A DNA stretch of 64,000 nucleotides from a virus (IMGVR_UViG_3300031134_000004:96001-160000); one strand, 5' to 3'; counted from the stretch's first letter, positions 28,184 through 38,279 are shown. Translations and numbers: made by a program. Notes: a model not told the origin generated them from the letters alone.

Positions 28184-29485
28184 ATGGTGCCAATGAATAT
28201 GGCTTTACGTAATCTCGATCTGGACGAACACGACGTTGCCACGAAAGACGATTACACTTACAACAGTTTGCGCGATTTCATGGAACGTTTGATCGATGCG
28301 GTCAACAAGATCTCGCCTTCGCTCAAGCTGTACAATCAACTGTTTCGCTATGCAAGCCAAGCTGAGTCGTTCCAGTCTGAACGCTTCTTGATCCAGTACG
28401 ACGGCTTTGTGTTTGAAGACGCCTATAGCGACCAATGGCGCATGATCTGGGGCGACTTCGTGGTGGCGTGGTACAAACACCCACGGCGCTCTTTGCAATG
28501 CAACCGCGAGCTGTCCCAAGCTGAGCAAGCTGAATTTATCAGTCAGTTCAAAGAAGACTTACTCAAGCAGTATCCGCAAGAGCCACCAGTGCCGCCCATC
28601 GATCCGAATGCTGAACGCGAGAAAGCAATCCGCTTTGCTGACCGGTTAAACCGCAATGCCTTGTTTGGCAAGATGGGCGCTACCCCTGCTTTAGAAGAGG
28701 GCCTTAAAGAACGCTTTTCTCAATTCGTAAAAGAGCGTCAGACGATGAAGAAGCTTGTCGAAGCTGAAGCGCCGTTGACCATGCCAGCAGACGGCATGCC
28801 GCCAGTGAAGTGGGATCAAGCCACACTCGATTCGATTGAGTCGTTTGCCAGTAAGTCCCACACAGCCAAGGTCATGCTCGAAGCGATCCGTCTTAACCGG
28901 GGAATTGAAATCGTCTCGGCAGAAGAAGCAGCAGCTGAATTTGCCAAAAACATGCGTGGTCCAGATGGCCCGTCAAACATCCCGCTGGTTCATGTAGAGG
29001 CAGCCGAGGCAACGTTCGATAAACCTGAGCGTTTCTTCGACAAGATTTTCTTCGATCCGGACTACAAGTTTGATCCGGCGCTGGCTGAAGCTTTGCCTGG
29101 GCTTAACATACAAAAGCAAAGCATGAATCGCGTGAAGGACAAGATCGTCATTGTCACAACGCCCGGCAGGAAAGAAGACGATGCGGGTTTTCTCAACCGG
29201 ATCGGTGATGACGACAGCGAACCCTTGTGGCCAACTGTGGTGGTTGAGCCAGAAGTAAGTTCACCGTTTATCATACCTAACATCAGCCGCGGTAAGCTTC
29301 GGGGGGAGATCGATCCAGGTAACAGGTTCCAGATCGTGATTCCTAACGAATACGTGATGCGTTATCCTGCTGCTTATTCTGTGGGAACAGCGCCTGAAAC
29401 ATGGATTACCAATGGCCGCTGCCGTCCTACGCCGTTGGCCCAAGCTGCGAAGTTCTTCGTTCATCATGCTGGCGCGCCAGCATGA
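28184..29485 (+). CDS. Hypothetical protein
   Basis: 433 aa ORF after AAGGGG RBS. Confidence 0.75.
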   Translation: MVPMNMALRNLDLDEHDVATKDDYTYNSLRDFMERLIDAVNKISPSLKLYNQLFRYASQAESFQSERFLIQYDGFVFEDAYSDQWRMIWGDFVVAWYKHPRRSLQCNRELSQAEQAEFISQFKEDLLKQYPQEPPVPPIDPNAEREKAIRFADRLNRNALFGKMGATPALEEGLKERFSQFVKERQTMKKLVEAEAPLTMPADGMPPVKWDQATLDSIESFASKSHTAKVMLEAIRLNRGIEIVSAEEAAAEFAKNMRGPDGPSNIPLVHVEAAEATFDKPERFFDKIFFDPDYKFDPALAEALPGLNIQKQSMNRVKDKIVIVTTPGRKEDDAGFLNRIGDDDSEPLWPTVVVEPEVSSPFIIPNISRGKLRGEIDPGNRFQIVIPNEYVMRYPAAYSVGTAPETWITNGRCRPTPLAQAAKFFVHHAGAPA

Positions 29486-29515
29486 TGAAAGCGCTGTACG
29501 AATAGAAAGGTTGTT

Positions 29516-29941
29516 ATGACGAGGGCTGCTATTACGCGGGCGAAATACCGAACAAGGCTATTGACGGTCGTACTCACTCACGAGGTGAACAAAACGATCA
29601 TTGAAGCTGTTTCTGCGATGATGCTTGCAACAGTGAGCATTAATCACAAGGAAGAGCAACCGCCTTTGGAGGAATTGCGCACGATACTTGAGCCAGCCTA
29701 TGTGGAAGTAGCGGCGATCCTTAATCGAGAGTTTGGGGATCGTCTCTATACAAGCGCTGAGCTTGACAATCTGCATGCTGAGTTTAACGTGGTGCTTGGG
29801 AACTACCGGCTGCGGGTGAGCTGGCAAAGTGAAGGTGCACACCAAGGCTTTATTCTGGACGTTAAGACGGTCGATCAAAAGTCGATCCTCTCGCGTTACG
29901 TTGAAGAATACGGTTACCAAGCGGATCGTGTTTTACTATAG
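29516..29941 (+). CDS. Hypothetical protein
   Basis: 141 aa. Confidence 0.65.
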   Translation: MTRAAITRAKYRTRLLTVVLTHEVNKTIIEAVSAMMLATVSINHKEEQPPLEELRTILEPAYVEVAAILNREFGDRLYTSAELDNLHAEFNVVLGNYRLRVSWQSEGAHQGFILDVKTVDQKSILSRYVEEYGYQADRVLL

Positions 29942-30019
29942 AGCAGTAGCAGGGTGTAAAAGTTTATCACCCTGCCTCATGTTCTGAGAGAAAGAACGTA
30001 GAGCTTTCTCTGTTAGTAA

Positions 30020-30215
30020 GAAGGAGTGGCGGAATCGGTAGACGCGGGCTTGAGGCGAATTAAGTAGCCAAGATGAGTCGTAGGTCGGTGAATCGTAACT
30101 GGGGTGTGTTTCCTATAAGCTTGGCGAAGGTTATCGGTTACAGCAACACATCTAACACCGGCGGCCTGCCATTGGGTCCGGACGCAAGTCCATTTACAGG
30201 TTCGAGTCCTGTCTC
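30020..30215 (+). ncRNA. tRNA-Leu(GAG)-derived element with ~110 nt insertion (pseudo-tRNA or tRNA-like RNA)
   Basis: D arm TGGCGGAATCGGTAGACGC, anticodon-loop-like TTGAGG, GGAC-GCAA-GTCC arm, T arm ACAGG-TTCGAGT-CCTGT; acceptor stem only 3 bp, no CCA. Confidence 0.6.
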
Positions 30216-30301
30216 AATAAACAATTGGCGTGTAGCTTACTAACCGTAAGGGAGGGCTTCGGCTCTCCCTTATGCCCCCTACTTCTTTTTTGGGAGTTGT
30301 T

Positions 30302-30718
30302 ATGGTCTGGGAACGATGGGAAGCAAAACCTGATACCATCATCTTAGATATTGGTGAGAGTGTATTGGATTTTAGTAACAAGATGGTAGACTTGGCAATG
30401 CTGGGAGAGTTGACGAAAGAAGATTTGATCACAGCACTTATCACGCACATTCAGGACGAAACAACAGCACACGTCTCGCTTGATGAGTTTGCGTGGGAGA
30501 TTGTGAGCTTGTTTGGGGGGCGGCAAGAAAAAGATGTACATGAGTTCGTATATGCTGTGAAAGAGCTGGGTGCTGACATCATCGACCAACTACAAGAGAT
30601 TGTAGCGTACGATGATGTTGGCGCCCTTTGGTATGACTTTTCCATGATGTGTGGGAATGACATTGTCTTGAAACGCTCTACTCTTACGAACCCTTTACTT
30701 CCCAGGACAACAACATGA
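30302..30718 (+). CDS. Hypothetical protein (PDxIILD paralog family)
   Basis: PDTIILDI...YDDVGALWYDF similar to 10624..11043. Confidence 0.7.
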   Translation: MVWERWEAKPDTIILDIGESVLDFSNKMVDLAMLGELTKEDLITALITHIQDETTAHVSLDEFAWEIVSLFGGRQEKDVHEFVYAVKELGADIIDQLQEIVAYDDVGALWYDFSMMCGNDIVLKRSTLTNPLLPRTTT

Positions 30719-30891
30719 TCGACGGTTTCTTCACCATTTTCGCCATCATCGTAATCACCGCACTCGTTGCGTGTATCTTCGTGATTGGTACAGTGTTGTA
30801 TTTGAGCTTCTTACTGATCTACACCGTGTGCGTATCGGTGATCGGACTGGTGAGCGCCGTCGTTTATGGCTCGAAAGCGTTGTGCAGATAG
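30715..30891 (+). CDS. Small hydrophobic membrane protein (58 aa)
   Basis: ATGA overlap with previous gene; MIDGFFTIFAIIVITALVACIFVIGTVLYLSFLLIYTVCVSVIGLVSAVVYGSKALCR. Confidence 0.6.
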   Translation: MIDGFFTIFAIIVITALVACIFVIGTVLYLSFLLIYTVCVSVIGLVSAVVYGSKALCR

Positions 30892-30919
30892 CATCAACAA
30901 TTTCCTCGTAGCAAAAATA

Positions 30920-31200
30920 CCCTATCTATATGTAGCGCATAATTAGCGTAACTTACCGTGTAGCGCTTGAATAAATGTTCCTGGTACGGCTTTAAGTAGC
31001 AAAGCTTCAACAGGAAAACGGTACGGCTGGAGGGCTATGTCCAGCAAGTTGTTCGACAATCGGTCGTTCCTCATCACTATGCACAAAACGTGCAGTCTGG
31101 AACACCATTGAGTGCGCAGCCGTAAGGCGGTTGTTAGACTGAATTCGAATAAGTCTGAAGCCAGCTTTACGGAAGAGTACTTGACAGTTATGGTATTTGA
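30920..31200 (+). ncRNA. Candidate structured non-coding RNA
   Basis: ~280 nt without a credible ORF; hairpins GCTGGA/TCCAGC, TGCAC/GTGCA, GCC-GTAA-GGC, AGACT/AGTCT. Confidence 0.35.
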
Positions 31201-31274
31201 GGAGAGTCGAAAGGCTCTCCTCTTATGCCGCTTTGGCTTTTTTCTCAAGACAATCACATTAGGAAATACATCCA

Positions 31275-31877
31275 ATGCCATTACATCCTAGCTTTAAACC
31301 ATTGCTCGCTGCAACCCCTTCCGGGTTCATGTACTTGCAACACGAGCTGTCTGACCACATCGACATCGAGCGTCTTGAAAAGATGATGCGCCGGATTATC
31401 TTGAAGTTTAACGAACTCAATAAGGACGACCGTCGTACATTCGCTCCTGTCTTTACCTTTGAAGGCGTTGATTCGGCAGAGCGTAGTTACATTCGCATGC
31501 ACATGCACCGCCCAGCGATCGATGGCAAACCCGATACGATCTTGGGACACTTCGATTTTCTCCAAGTCATGGAGGGACAATTTCCCACACTGGATTTGGT
31601 CATTAACAAATGGGGTCTGCTCTCTTGCGTTGTTCACAAAGACTTAACGGCGCATAACGCTCGCAACGTCATGAATAGCCTGATGGACTACATGGACCCG
31701 GTCGAATACGCAATGGGGATGGCGCCCATTAAGCAAATGCTCAAGCTTCCCCCAGAAGTGCGGGCAAAGATTCACTTTACAATTGAAGTTACTACCGCTG
31801 GCGTGAACGTCGCTATCATGCGGCTCGATAAGATCTTGATGACTCATCAGGTCCTTGTCGAGAACAAAGAAGTCTAG
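31275..31877 (+). CDS. Hypothetical protein
   Basis: 200 aa, TAGGA RBS. Confidence 0.7.
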   Translation: MPLHPSFKPLLAATPSGFMYLQHELSDHIDIERLEKMMRRIILKFNELNKDDRRTFAPVFTFEGVDSAERSYIRMHMHRPAIDGKPDTILGHFDFLQVMEGQFPTLDLVINKWGLLSCVVHKDLTAHNARNVMNSLMDYMDPVEYAMGMAPIKQMLKLPPEVRAKIHFTIEVTTAGVNVAIMRLDKILMTHQVLVENKEV

Positions 31878-31900
31878 TGTTTCCTTGTAAGGGGGTTTTT

Positions 31901-31932
31901 AAGAGGGAGTTGTCTTCCCTCTTTTTTTTTTT
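31901..31932 (+). terminator. Intrinsic terminator
   Basis: AAGAGGGAG-TTGT-CTTCCCTCTT then long T-run. Confidence 0.75.
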
Positions 31933-31991
31933 TGGCTTGGAGACGGCATAAACGGCTGGGGAATTCCCCAGCCTCTATGACGCTTTTCTTG

Positions 31992-32744
31992 TTACCACTT
32001 CGTCCAGGTTGGTGCATCAGCTGACAGCAATGCTGCCGAACGCTGCTTGACTGCTTGGTAATCAGCGCGTTGTATTTCCTTGACGTTAAAGTGGCGAGCG
32101 TGGGTTTTCTCAGACCACGTCATGGTGGTGAACATCGGTGCTGGTCCTTCAATAGACCAATACCCTTTCTCCAAGAACAAACCCTTACTAAACTGGATGC
32201 CATCTTCCTTGGTGACTTCCACGTACATCGTCACATCCGCTTCAGGCGACTTACCTTCTCGGGCCTTGTAACGGATCGATTCAATGAAGACTTTACCAGC
32301 AGATTCAGGCTTGTACAGAGCAGTTTCTTTACTGTAGGCAACAAGCCACATCTCTTCACTGTGTTTGGCGTCATATACGAGCTTTTGAGACGGTTTTAGC
32401 GCTGCCTTGAAGGGAATAGTGTAAATCTTCAATCCGCCCTTGTAGGTGGCATTAAACTCGTTCTTCTCGCCTGTGACAAAACCATGAAAAACGTTCTCCA
32501 TGTCAGCGTAACCGGAGATACTTCCCAAGAGTGTGGGCGTAACACAGATGCGCGGTACAGTACGGTCTTCCATCGGTGCTTGACGGCGACCAATCATGGG
32601 AATGAAAGCTTTGATGTTGGTATCAGGTGAAACGTGGACAAGGTAGTCTTGTTTCAAATCTTCCGGTGTGACGATGTCAACGTTACGCTGGACCTTCTCA
32701 CTGGTATTGTCAAGCCACTCGTCGAGTTCTTGTTTGGCGTTCAT
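31992..32744 (-). CDS. Hypothetical protein
   Basis: 250 aa minus-strand ORF with TAGGA RBS. Confidence 0.7.
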   Translation of the reverse strand: MNAKQELDEWLDNTSEKVQRNVDIVTPEDLKQDYLVHVSPDTNIKAFIPMIGRRQAPMEDRTVPRICVTPTLLGSISGYADMENVFHGFVTGEKNEFNATYKGGLKIYTIPFKAALKPSQKLVYDAKHSEEMWLVAYSKETALYKPESAGKVFIESIRYKAREGKSPEADVTMYVEVTKEDGIQFSKGLFLEKGYWSIEGPAPMFTTMTWSEKTHARHFNVKEIQRADYQAVKQRSAALLSADAPTWTKW

Positions 32745-32820
32745 GAAAGTTTCCTAAGTCGATGAGGCGGAATAAGCCGAGAGACCGAAGTCTCTCGGCT
32801 AGTAGTATCACAAGATGAGC

Positions 32821-34395
32821 TTAGATCCCGTCAGCTTCCCAGAATGGGGTTTCTTCACCGGAACCAATCGCACCACCACCAACCTTCTTACGCGTCGTAT
32901 CAGCGCCTTCCACGTCTGGCAGCAAGCCAAACACTGGATGGAATTCCAGCACGAAGTACAGGTATTCAAATGGCGTTTTACGCACTTGGTCTTTACGGTG
33001 CTTACCACGCTGCACTGCCAAGTACCATTTACCATTGACTTGTTCGATGTGTTGGAACAGTTCGCCATCAACGACTTGACCCAATTGCTTGGAGCCTGCG
33101 TAGTAACCACCGCCGATCAACAGCTGCACGAAACCAGTACGGCCTTCACGGATCAGCATCTTAGCGTCCGTGGAGATTTGGTGTGGCGTCTTGAAGATGT
33201 AACCGTGGTGCTTGGCGTGCGCTGCCATGCGTTCGTACATGTTGCGAAGTGGTTCACCAGCACTTGTACCGTCGCAGCCCGTGGTAGGGATTTTGAGCAG
33301 GTAGTCCACTGCCAGTACTTTGACTTCGTAGCCCTGGGCCTCCAAGTCCAAGACAATGTTTTGCAACGTTTTGTACGTCGCCATGCTTGGGTTCAGATGG
33401 TAGAAGAAGCATTCAAAGCCATTAACCCGCAGTGCTTCGTGCACGTAATGGGCCAACTCTTCTTCCGTCTTTTCCGCAATCATCGCCGAGACACGTTCTT
33501 CCGTCATCGATTCAAGCGTACCGTTACGCTGGGCTTCAATGCCGATCAAACGCTTGTAGATGAATTGGTAGTTCATCTGCAAGGTGTCTTCACAGGAGAC
33601 GTGCACCATCGCCGCCTTCTTGCTTGGATCTTTCAGGATCGGCGTGTTAAAGAGCGCCATGTCTACGTGTTCCGACAAGTTCATGCCGGTCTTGTAGTTG
33701 TGCTCCAATGCCGCCTTGACCCACTCTTCACCGAAGCGATAGCCGCCATCCAATGCTCGGTTCAAGCCTTGCCAACCAGTACGCATGACAGACGTGCCAG
33801 AAGACTCGTCCTTGACGTTCTTAAACACTTCCTTACCACTTTCAAGGTCAGTGGTATTGGCCGCGCTAATGATCGATGGATCACGCACTGCCGAGTCAAC
33901 TTGATACGGTTCGAGTTGCGCGCACACTTCAGCGACGAACGCTTTCATGTTAGGAATCTTGTTACGACCGAACTTCATGGCAGTAGCTGCCTTGGTCATG
34001 ATCGTGCGAATCTTCTCTTCTTTCAAGAACTCGATCAAGGTGCGCTGGTAATTCATGCAGGTGCGCTTGAGCGTTTGTTCCGACAACTCGTGCTCGATGC
34101 CGTCTTTGAACGCATCGTACATCACGTCTTCATCCATGCAAATCATCTTGATCTGCTGGAGCAGTTCCATCGGCTCGTATTGGTAGTTAGGAGGCGCGTC
34201 GCACATGGCGATCGCAATCTGTTTGAGACCAGCTAAGATCTCGAATTCGTGGTTGACACCGATGTTGATCTCAGGCGTTTGAATATTCTGCACGATCTCC
34301 CGCACGAGCACGGCGGAGTTTTCCTGCAGATTCTTCAGCTGGCTTTCTCGGTACAACAGCGTGATGGCGTGGACTAACAGTAATTTATTATTCAT
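32821..34395 (-). CDS. DnaB-like replicative helicase (phiKZ gp118-like)
   Basis: TGWQGLNRALDGG, phiKZ-type Walker A ALEHNYKT, VDYL Walker B, TPHQIS, QRGKHR; divergent from the capsid operon as in phiKZ. Confidence 0.85.
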   Translation of the reverse strand: MNNKLLLVHAITLLYRESQLKNLQENSAVLVREIVQNIQTPEINIGVNHEFEILAGLKQIAIAMCDAPPNYQYEPMELLQQIKMICMDEDVMYDAFKDGIEHELSEQTLKRTCMNYQRTLIEFLKEEKIRTIMTKAATAMKFGRNKIPNMKAFVAEVCAQLEPYQVDSAVRDPSIISAANTTDLESGKEVFKNVKDESSGTSVMRTGWQGLNRALDGGYRFGEEWVKAALEHNYKTGMNLSEHVDMALFNTPILKDPSKKAAMVHVSCEDTLQMNYQFIYKRLIGIEAQRNGTLESMTEERVSAMIAEKTEEELAHYVHEALRVNGFECFFYHLNPSMATYKTLQNIVLDLEAQGYEVKVLAVDYLLKIPTTGCDGTSAGEPLRNMYERMAAHAKHHGYIFKTPHQISTDAKMLIREGRTGFVQLLIGGGYYAGSKQLGQVVDGELFQHIEQVNGKWYLAVQRGKHRKDQVRKTPFEYLYFVLEFHPVFGLLPDVEGADTTRKKVGGGAIGSGEETPFWEADGI

Positions 34396-34509
34396 CGCTA
34401 TGAGGGTCTTTGCATTTTTTGCGCAGCAACATTACTGCCGTGTATTCTCTTCATAGATAAGTGCCTGCTAGATTTTTAATTACCATCCCCCCTGTAGGAG
34501 TTTTTTACC

Positions 34510-35058
34510 GTGACCATCAAACGCATCGTCTTGATCCCATTTTGGGTGCAAGACATTCTGGCGCGTAACAAGATGCAGTTAGCCGACTGCTTGAACGTTG
34601 CCAAACTCAAACCCATCATGGCACTGAACGACCTGTTGGCGTTCGCTGCATTGCAACGCCATATTGTTCAGCTCGTCGGTGCACCTGTCATCGGTGACGA
34701 ACTGTACTGGATCTGGGCAGAAAGCGTCGCTGCTAATCCAGAACTCAAAAAGTTCTTGAACGAGTCGATCTCGGTCCTCTCGGGCGACCCAACGTACAAC
34801 CGGGAAATCCAAAGCCGGTTGTTCGATCCAGACGCTCATACTGCTCAGTATGAAAAACCGTTTATTACTTATGACTTATCGCCGGAGGTTCTCGGTGTCG
34901 TCATCTACCCCGGCTACTTCACCGACAGTGGAAATAATGACTTGCAGAAATCTTTGGTTTCGGCAATTCTTAAACTATTGTATGTGTACGAACACGATCA
35001 CAAGGTGGCCAAAACCCCTTTGTTTAAACGTTACCTGGAATTATTGTCGGCGAAATAA
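34510..35058 (+). CDS. Conserved protein upstream of capsid (phiKZ gp119-like)
   Basis: Position between helicase and capsid gene; 182 aa. Confidence 0.55.
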   Translation: MTIKRIVLIPFWVQDILARNKMQLADCLNVAKLKPIMALNDLLAFAALQRHIVQLVGAPVIGDELYWIWAESVAANPELKKFLNESISVLSGDPTYNREIQSRLFDPDAHTAQYEKPFITYDLSPEVLGVVIYPGYFTDSGNNDLQKSLVSAILKLLYVYEHDHKVAKTPLFKRYLELLSAK

Positions 35059-35122
35059 CCGATATATTCTGAGGCAACATTGCCCCCAAGTACTTTTTCC
35101 AACTGTATAGGAAGCACAAGAA

Positions 35123-37291
35123 ATGAACCTGTTCACTAACAAGAACCGTCCCGGCTCGGCTCACGTCAGCACCGCCCTGGACAACCTGGTCGCCGGTATC
35201 CAATCGCACCTGAACCAATCGGGTTCGACCTTCGTGTCGAGCGCAGTGGCCAAGGGCGCAATGTCGATGGAATCGATCGATCCTGTCATTCAGCAAGAAC
35301 TGGGCAGCGCCTGCGACGACCTGAACACCGCGCTGGAAGGCATCGCCACCGAACTGAACATCTCGGCACAACTGAGCACCAGCCAGAAGAACGCTGCAAC
35401 GGCCGCCGGCATCATCGCCTCGGACATCCGCGGCTTCCTGCACGCCCCGATCAAGCGCGACGTCGTCGCTCAAGAAAACATGGCGTTCATCTCGCCACGC
35501 GGCGGCGACGCCTTCGACGCACGTATGAAGCCAGCCCTGGAAGCATACGACGAGAAGGAAAACAAGAACGCCGTCGTGTACTCGGTCGCGTACAACATGC
35601 AAGCTGCTCGCCAGGACGAGTTCGCTGAAACGTTCTACCCAACCGTCGTCGTCACGCCTGACCAAGTCGGTTTCGCCGTGTCGATCCGCCTGATCCAAGT
35701 GTACCGCGAAGTGCGTCGTCAGACCAACGGTAACACCGACAAGTTCAACAAGCAGAACATCATCAAGGCCGTCATCGATCCAACGATCCTGCGCAACGAC
35801 CAGATGAAGATCGTCCCGGTCTACCGCGATGAATCGCGCGCACACTTCGTCGACAGCGCCCTGGTCAAGCCACGCGACCTGGACCTGGAAGGCACGATGA
35901 TCCCAACGGCGCCGCTGGCAATGGGCAAGAAGTTCTCGCTGCTGGCCATCTCGCAAACCGACGCCCTGCTGGAAACCGGTCTGCAAGACACCACCGATTC
36001 GATCGACACCGCTGTCGTGCTGAACGCACTGTACGTGCAAGTCGGTAACGAAGTGTTCAAGTTCAACACCGCGCGTCTGCCGACCGCGACCTTCAACTAC
36101 GCTGTGCAGGGCAACTATCGCCAGATGAACCTGCAGTTCGAAAACAGCTCGCTGAAGATCGACAAGGACACCAAGACCGTCGCTCAAGCCGCATCGGTCG
36201 TGCTGGCTGACATCGCATCGGGCGAATACACCGTGCGCCTGAACGCTGCTGTCTCGGGTTCGGTGAACCTGGAACTGGCTGACACCAGCCTGTTCGCATC
36301 GGACGTCATCGTTGCTCGCGTGACCAACAAGGACGGCGAAGTGCTGGCCCTGGACGGCGCCGAAGCCAAAGCGATCGTGGACCTGTTCAAAGCAGCCAAG
36401 ATCATCGGTTACGACCTGGACGCACAGCGTACCAACCTGAACCGTCGCATGCGTGGTGACCTGCTGGACACCACCTTCTACAACCAGGTCTACGCGGTGC
36501 CACTGCGTTCGCCAATCACCATCCCACGTCCGCTGACCGCTGGCGATCAGAACGACAGCTCGGATCTGGCTGCCCTGATCACTGCAACGCGTATCCGCAC
36601 CAGCAACGCGGCCGTCGACGAACTGCTGCGCGTCGAAGACATCCTGAAGGAATTCGTCAACAGCAAAGACTCGATCCACGATTCCCCAGAAATCCTGGGT
36701 ATCTCGCGCTTCCTGGTCCAGCCGTTCTTCGAAAAGGCTGTCCTGGACGTGGCCAAGGAAATCGACTCGCTGCGTTCGTTCGAACGTGCAGCCGACGTGC
36801 AAGCACTGCTGGTGAACAAGCTGCGTGACATGGCTTACCGCATGTACCGCGACTCGGGCTACAAGGCAGCTGCTGACGCGCTGGCCGGCGGCATCTCGCA
36901 AGTGCCAACCGTCATCATCGGCACCGATCCAGTCCTGGCTCGCTACCTGATGGTCTCGGGCGACTTCCGCACCCTGGGCAACGACTTCAACGTCAAGGTC
37001 GTCTCGACGCTGAACGAGCGCATGGCTGGCAAGATCATCATGACCTTCGGCGTGTTCAACGGCGAAACGGATGGCGTGCCAAACCCAATGCACTTCGGTA
37101 ACATGGCCTGGAAACCAGAACTGACCCTGGTGCTGCCGCTGCATCGCAACGGCGCCAACAGCAAAGAACTGACCGTCCAGCCGTCGTTCATCCACATCAC
37201 CAACCTGCCGATCATGGCTTCGATCGAAGTCGTGGGTATCGAAGACGTCGTTGCATCGAAGAACGCCGTCCTGATCACCGAAAAGCCGTAA
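35123..37291 (+). CDS. Major capsid protein (phiKZ gp120-like)
   Basis: 722 aa, SMES/ALEG processing-type motifs, ARQDEFAETFYPTVVVTPDQ, RRMRGDLLD; strongly C-ending codon bias. Confidence 0.9.
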   Translation: MNLFTNKNRPGSAHVSTALDNLVAGIQSHLNQSGSTFVSSAVAKGAMSMESIDPVIQQELGSACDDLNTALEGIATELNISAQLSTSQKNAATAAGIIASDIRGFLHAPIKRDVVAQENMAFISPRGGDAFDARMKPALEAYDEKENKNAVVYSVAYNMQAARQDEFAETFYPTVVVTPDQVGFAVSIRLIQVYREVRRQTNGNTDKFNKQNIIKAVIDPTILRNDQMKIVPVYRDESRAHFVDSALVKPRDLDLEGTMIPTAPLAMGKKFSLLAISQTDALLETGLQDTTDSIDTAVVLNALYVQVGNEVFKFNTARLPTATFNYAVQGNYRQMNLQFENSSLKIDKDTKTVAQAASVVLADIASGEYTVRLNAAVSGSVNLELADTSLFASDVIVARVTNKDGEVLALDGAEAKAIVDLFKAAKIIGYDLDAQRTNLNRRMRGDLLDTTFYNQVYAVPLRSPITIPRPLTAGDQNDSSDLAALITATRIRTSNAAVDELLRVEDILKEFVNSKDSIHDSPEILGISRFLVQPFFEKAVLDVAKEIDSLRSFERAADVQALLVNKLRDMAYRMYRDSGYKAAADALAGGISQVPTVIIGTDPVLARYLMVSGDFRTLGNDFNVKVVSTLNERMAGKIIMTFGVFNGETDGVPNPMHFGNMAWKPELTLVLPLHRNGANSKELTVQPSFIHITNLPIMASIEVVGIEDVVASKNAVLITEKP

Positions 37292-37506
37292 TCAACGACG
37301 GCCGGCTAGTCTTGACTCCTGAGTGTTTTGGCGCTCAGGAGTTTTTACGAAGAGTCGGTTACCTTTGGTTTGGCAAATCCGGCCAGAGGTCGTTGGAAAA
37401 AACGGGGCGTTTCCCTACTCACTGGTGCAACGCCGGTGAGTAGGGTTTATGCCGTCTTTTTTACAGACAACACTTATAGTGTGTCTAACTAATAGGAGGA
37501 ACGATT

Positions 37507-37743
37507 ATGTTCATCTTTAAGCTCATTTATTTGTTCTCTGTCTTTATCTCTGGCTCTGTGGTACTTTTTCACTCAGGTGAATTTGTCCGGGCACTGTATA
37601 ACGACGACCGCAAACTCGGTAACGAAGACATCGCTGCATTCTTGTTCATCTGCTCGATCTTCATCTTCTTACCAATCATGAATACGTTCGTGGCAATGTG
37701 TGTGATTAAACACTATCTGGGTAAGAACAAACAACGGAGTTGA
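37507..37743 (+). CDS. Small membrane protein
   Basis: Two hydrophobic helices, AGGAGG RBS. Confidence 0.7.
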   Translation: MFIFKLIYLFSVFISGSVVLFHSGEFVRALYNDDRKLGNEDIAAFLFICSIFIFLPIMNTFVAMCVIKHYLGKNKQRS

Positions 37744-37762
37744 TTACAATGGATTTCAGGCA

Positions 37763-37770
37763 TATATTCC
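37763..37770 (+). promoter_or_regulatory. Early-promoter-like motif (TATATTCC)
   Basis: One mismatch to TATATTAC, intergenic. Confidence 0.4.
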
Positions 37771-37774
37771 AATT

Positions 37775-38113
37775 GTGAGTAGCAAATACTATTCTTATTT
37801 GTCTGTAAGATCATCCGTAAGTCCACTTATAAAAAGGCACGCTATCGTGACGAACACTGTATTTGAAATCCTCTGGTATGCTTACCACATTAGTGTCTGG
37901 GGTGCGTTTGCATTCTTCTACATCCACTACGACATCATCAAGGTAAGAGCGTTCGCAATTGTTGCTGCGCGTATCAATCGCCATCTGCGTTGGGGCAAAC
38001 GCAATGAAGCAATGTACATGACGATGATGATGGTGTGCGTTCTTGCACCGATTGCCAATAGCTTCTTTGCTTACCTCACCTTGCGTTATTGGTGGCGTCG
38101 GCGTAAAGCGTAA
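37775..38113 (+). CDS. Small membrane protein (start uncertain)
   Basis: Hydrophobic segments and basic C-tail. Confidence 0.55.
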   Translation: MSSKYYSYLSVRSSVSPLIKRHAIVTNTVFEILWYAYHISVWGAFAFFYIHYDIIKVRAFAIVAARINRHLRWGKRNEAMYMTMMMVCVLAPIANSFFAYLTLRYWWRRRKA

Positions 38114-38192
38114 GCGTCATAGACCGGAGGGAATTCCCTCCGGCCTTTATGCCCTCTTTATTTTTTTGTTTGAATTTAAAATGATTCAGTCA

Positions 38193-38200
38193 TATATCAC
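38193..38200 (+). promoter_or_regulatory. Early-promoter-like motif (TATATCAC)
   Basis: One mismatch to TATATTAC upstream of the 38280/nvRNAP operon. Confidence 0.5.
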
Positions 38201-38279
38201 CTAATTGACGTAGTATTCATATTGCGTGTTATGTGTTTAGGGAACGCTTAGGGATAAGTTGTTTTCAAGGAATAGAATC

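Noticed and set aside
30020-30215. Functional tRNA or canonical tmRNA
   Set aside because: Acceptor stem has only 3 bp, no CCA or G3:U70 Ala identity, anticodon arm is interrupted, and it is too short for a standard tmRNA.
35063-35070. Early promoter (TATATTCT) before the capsid gene
   Set aside because: Two mismatches to consensus and capsid is expected to be a late gene.
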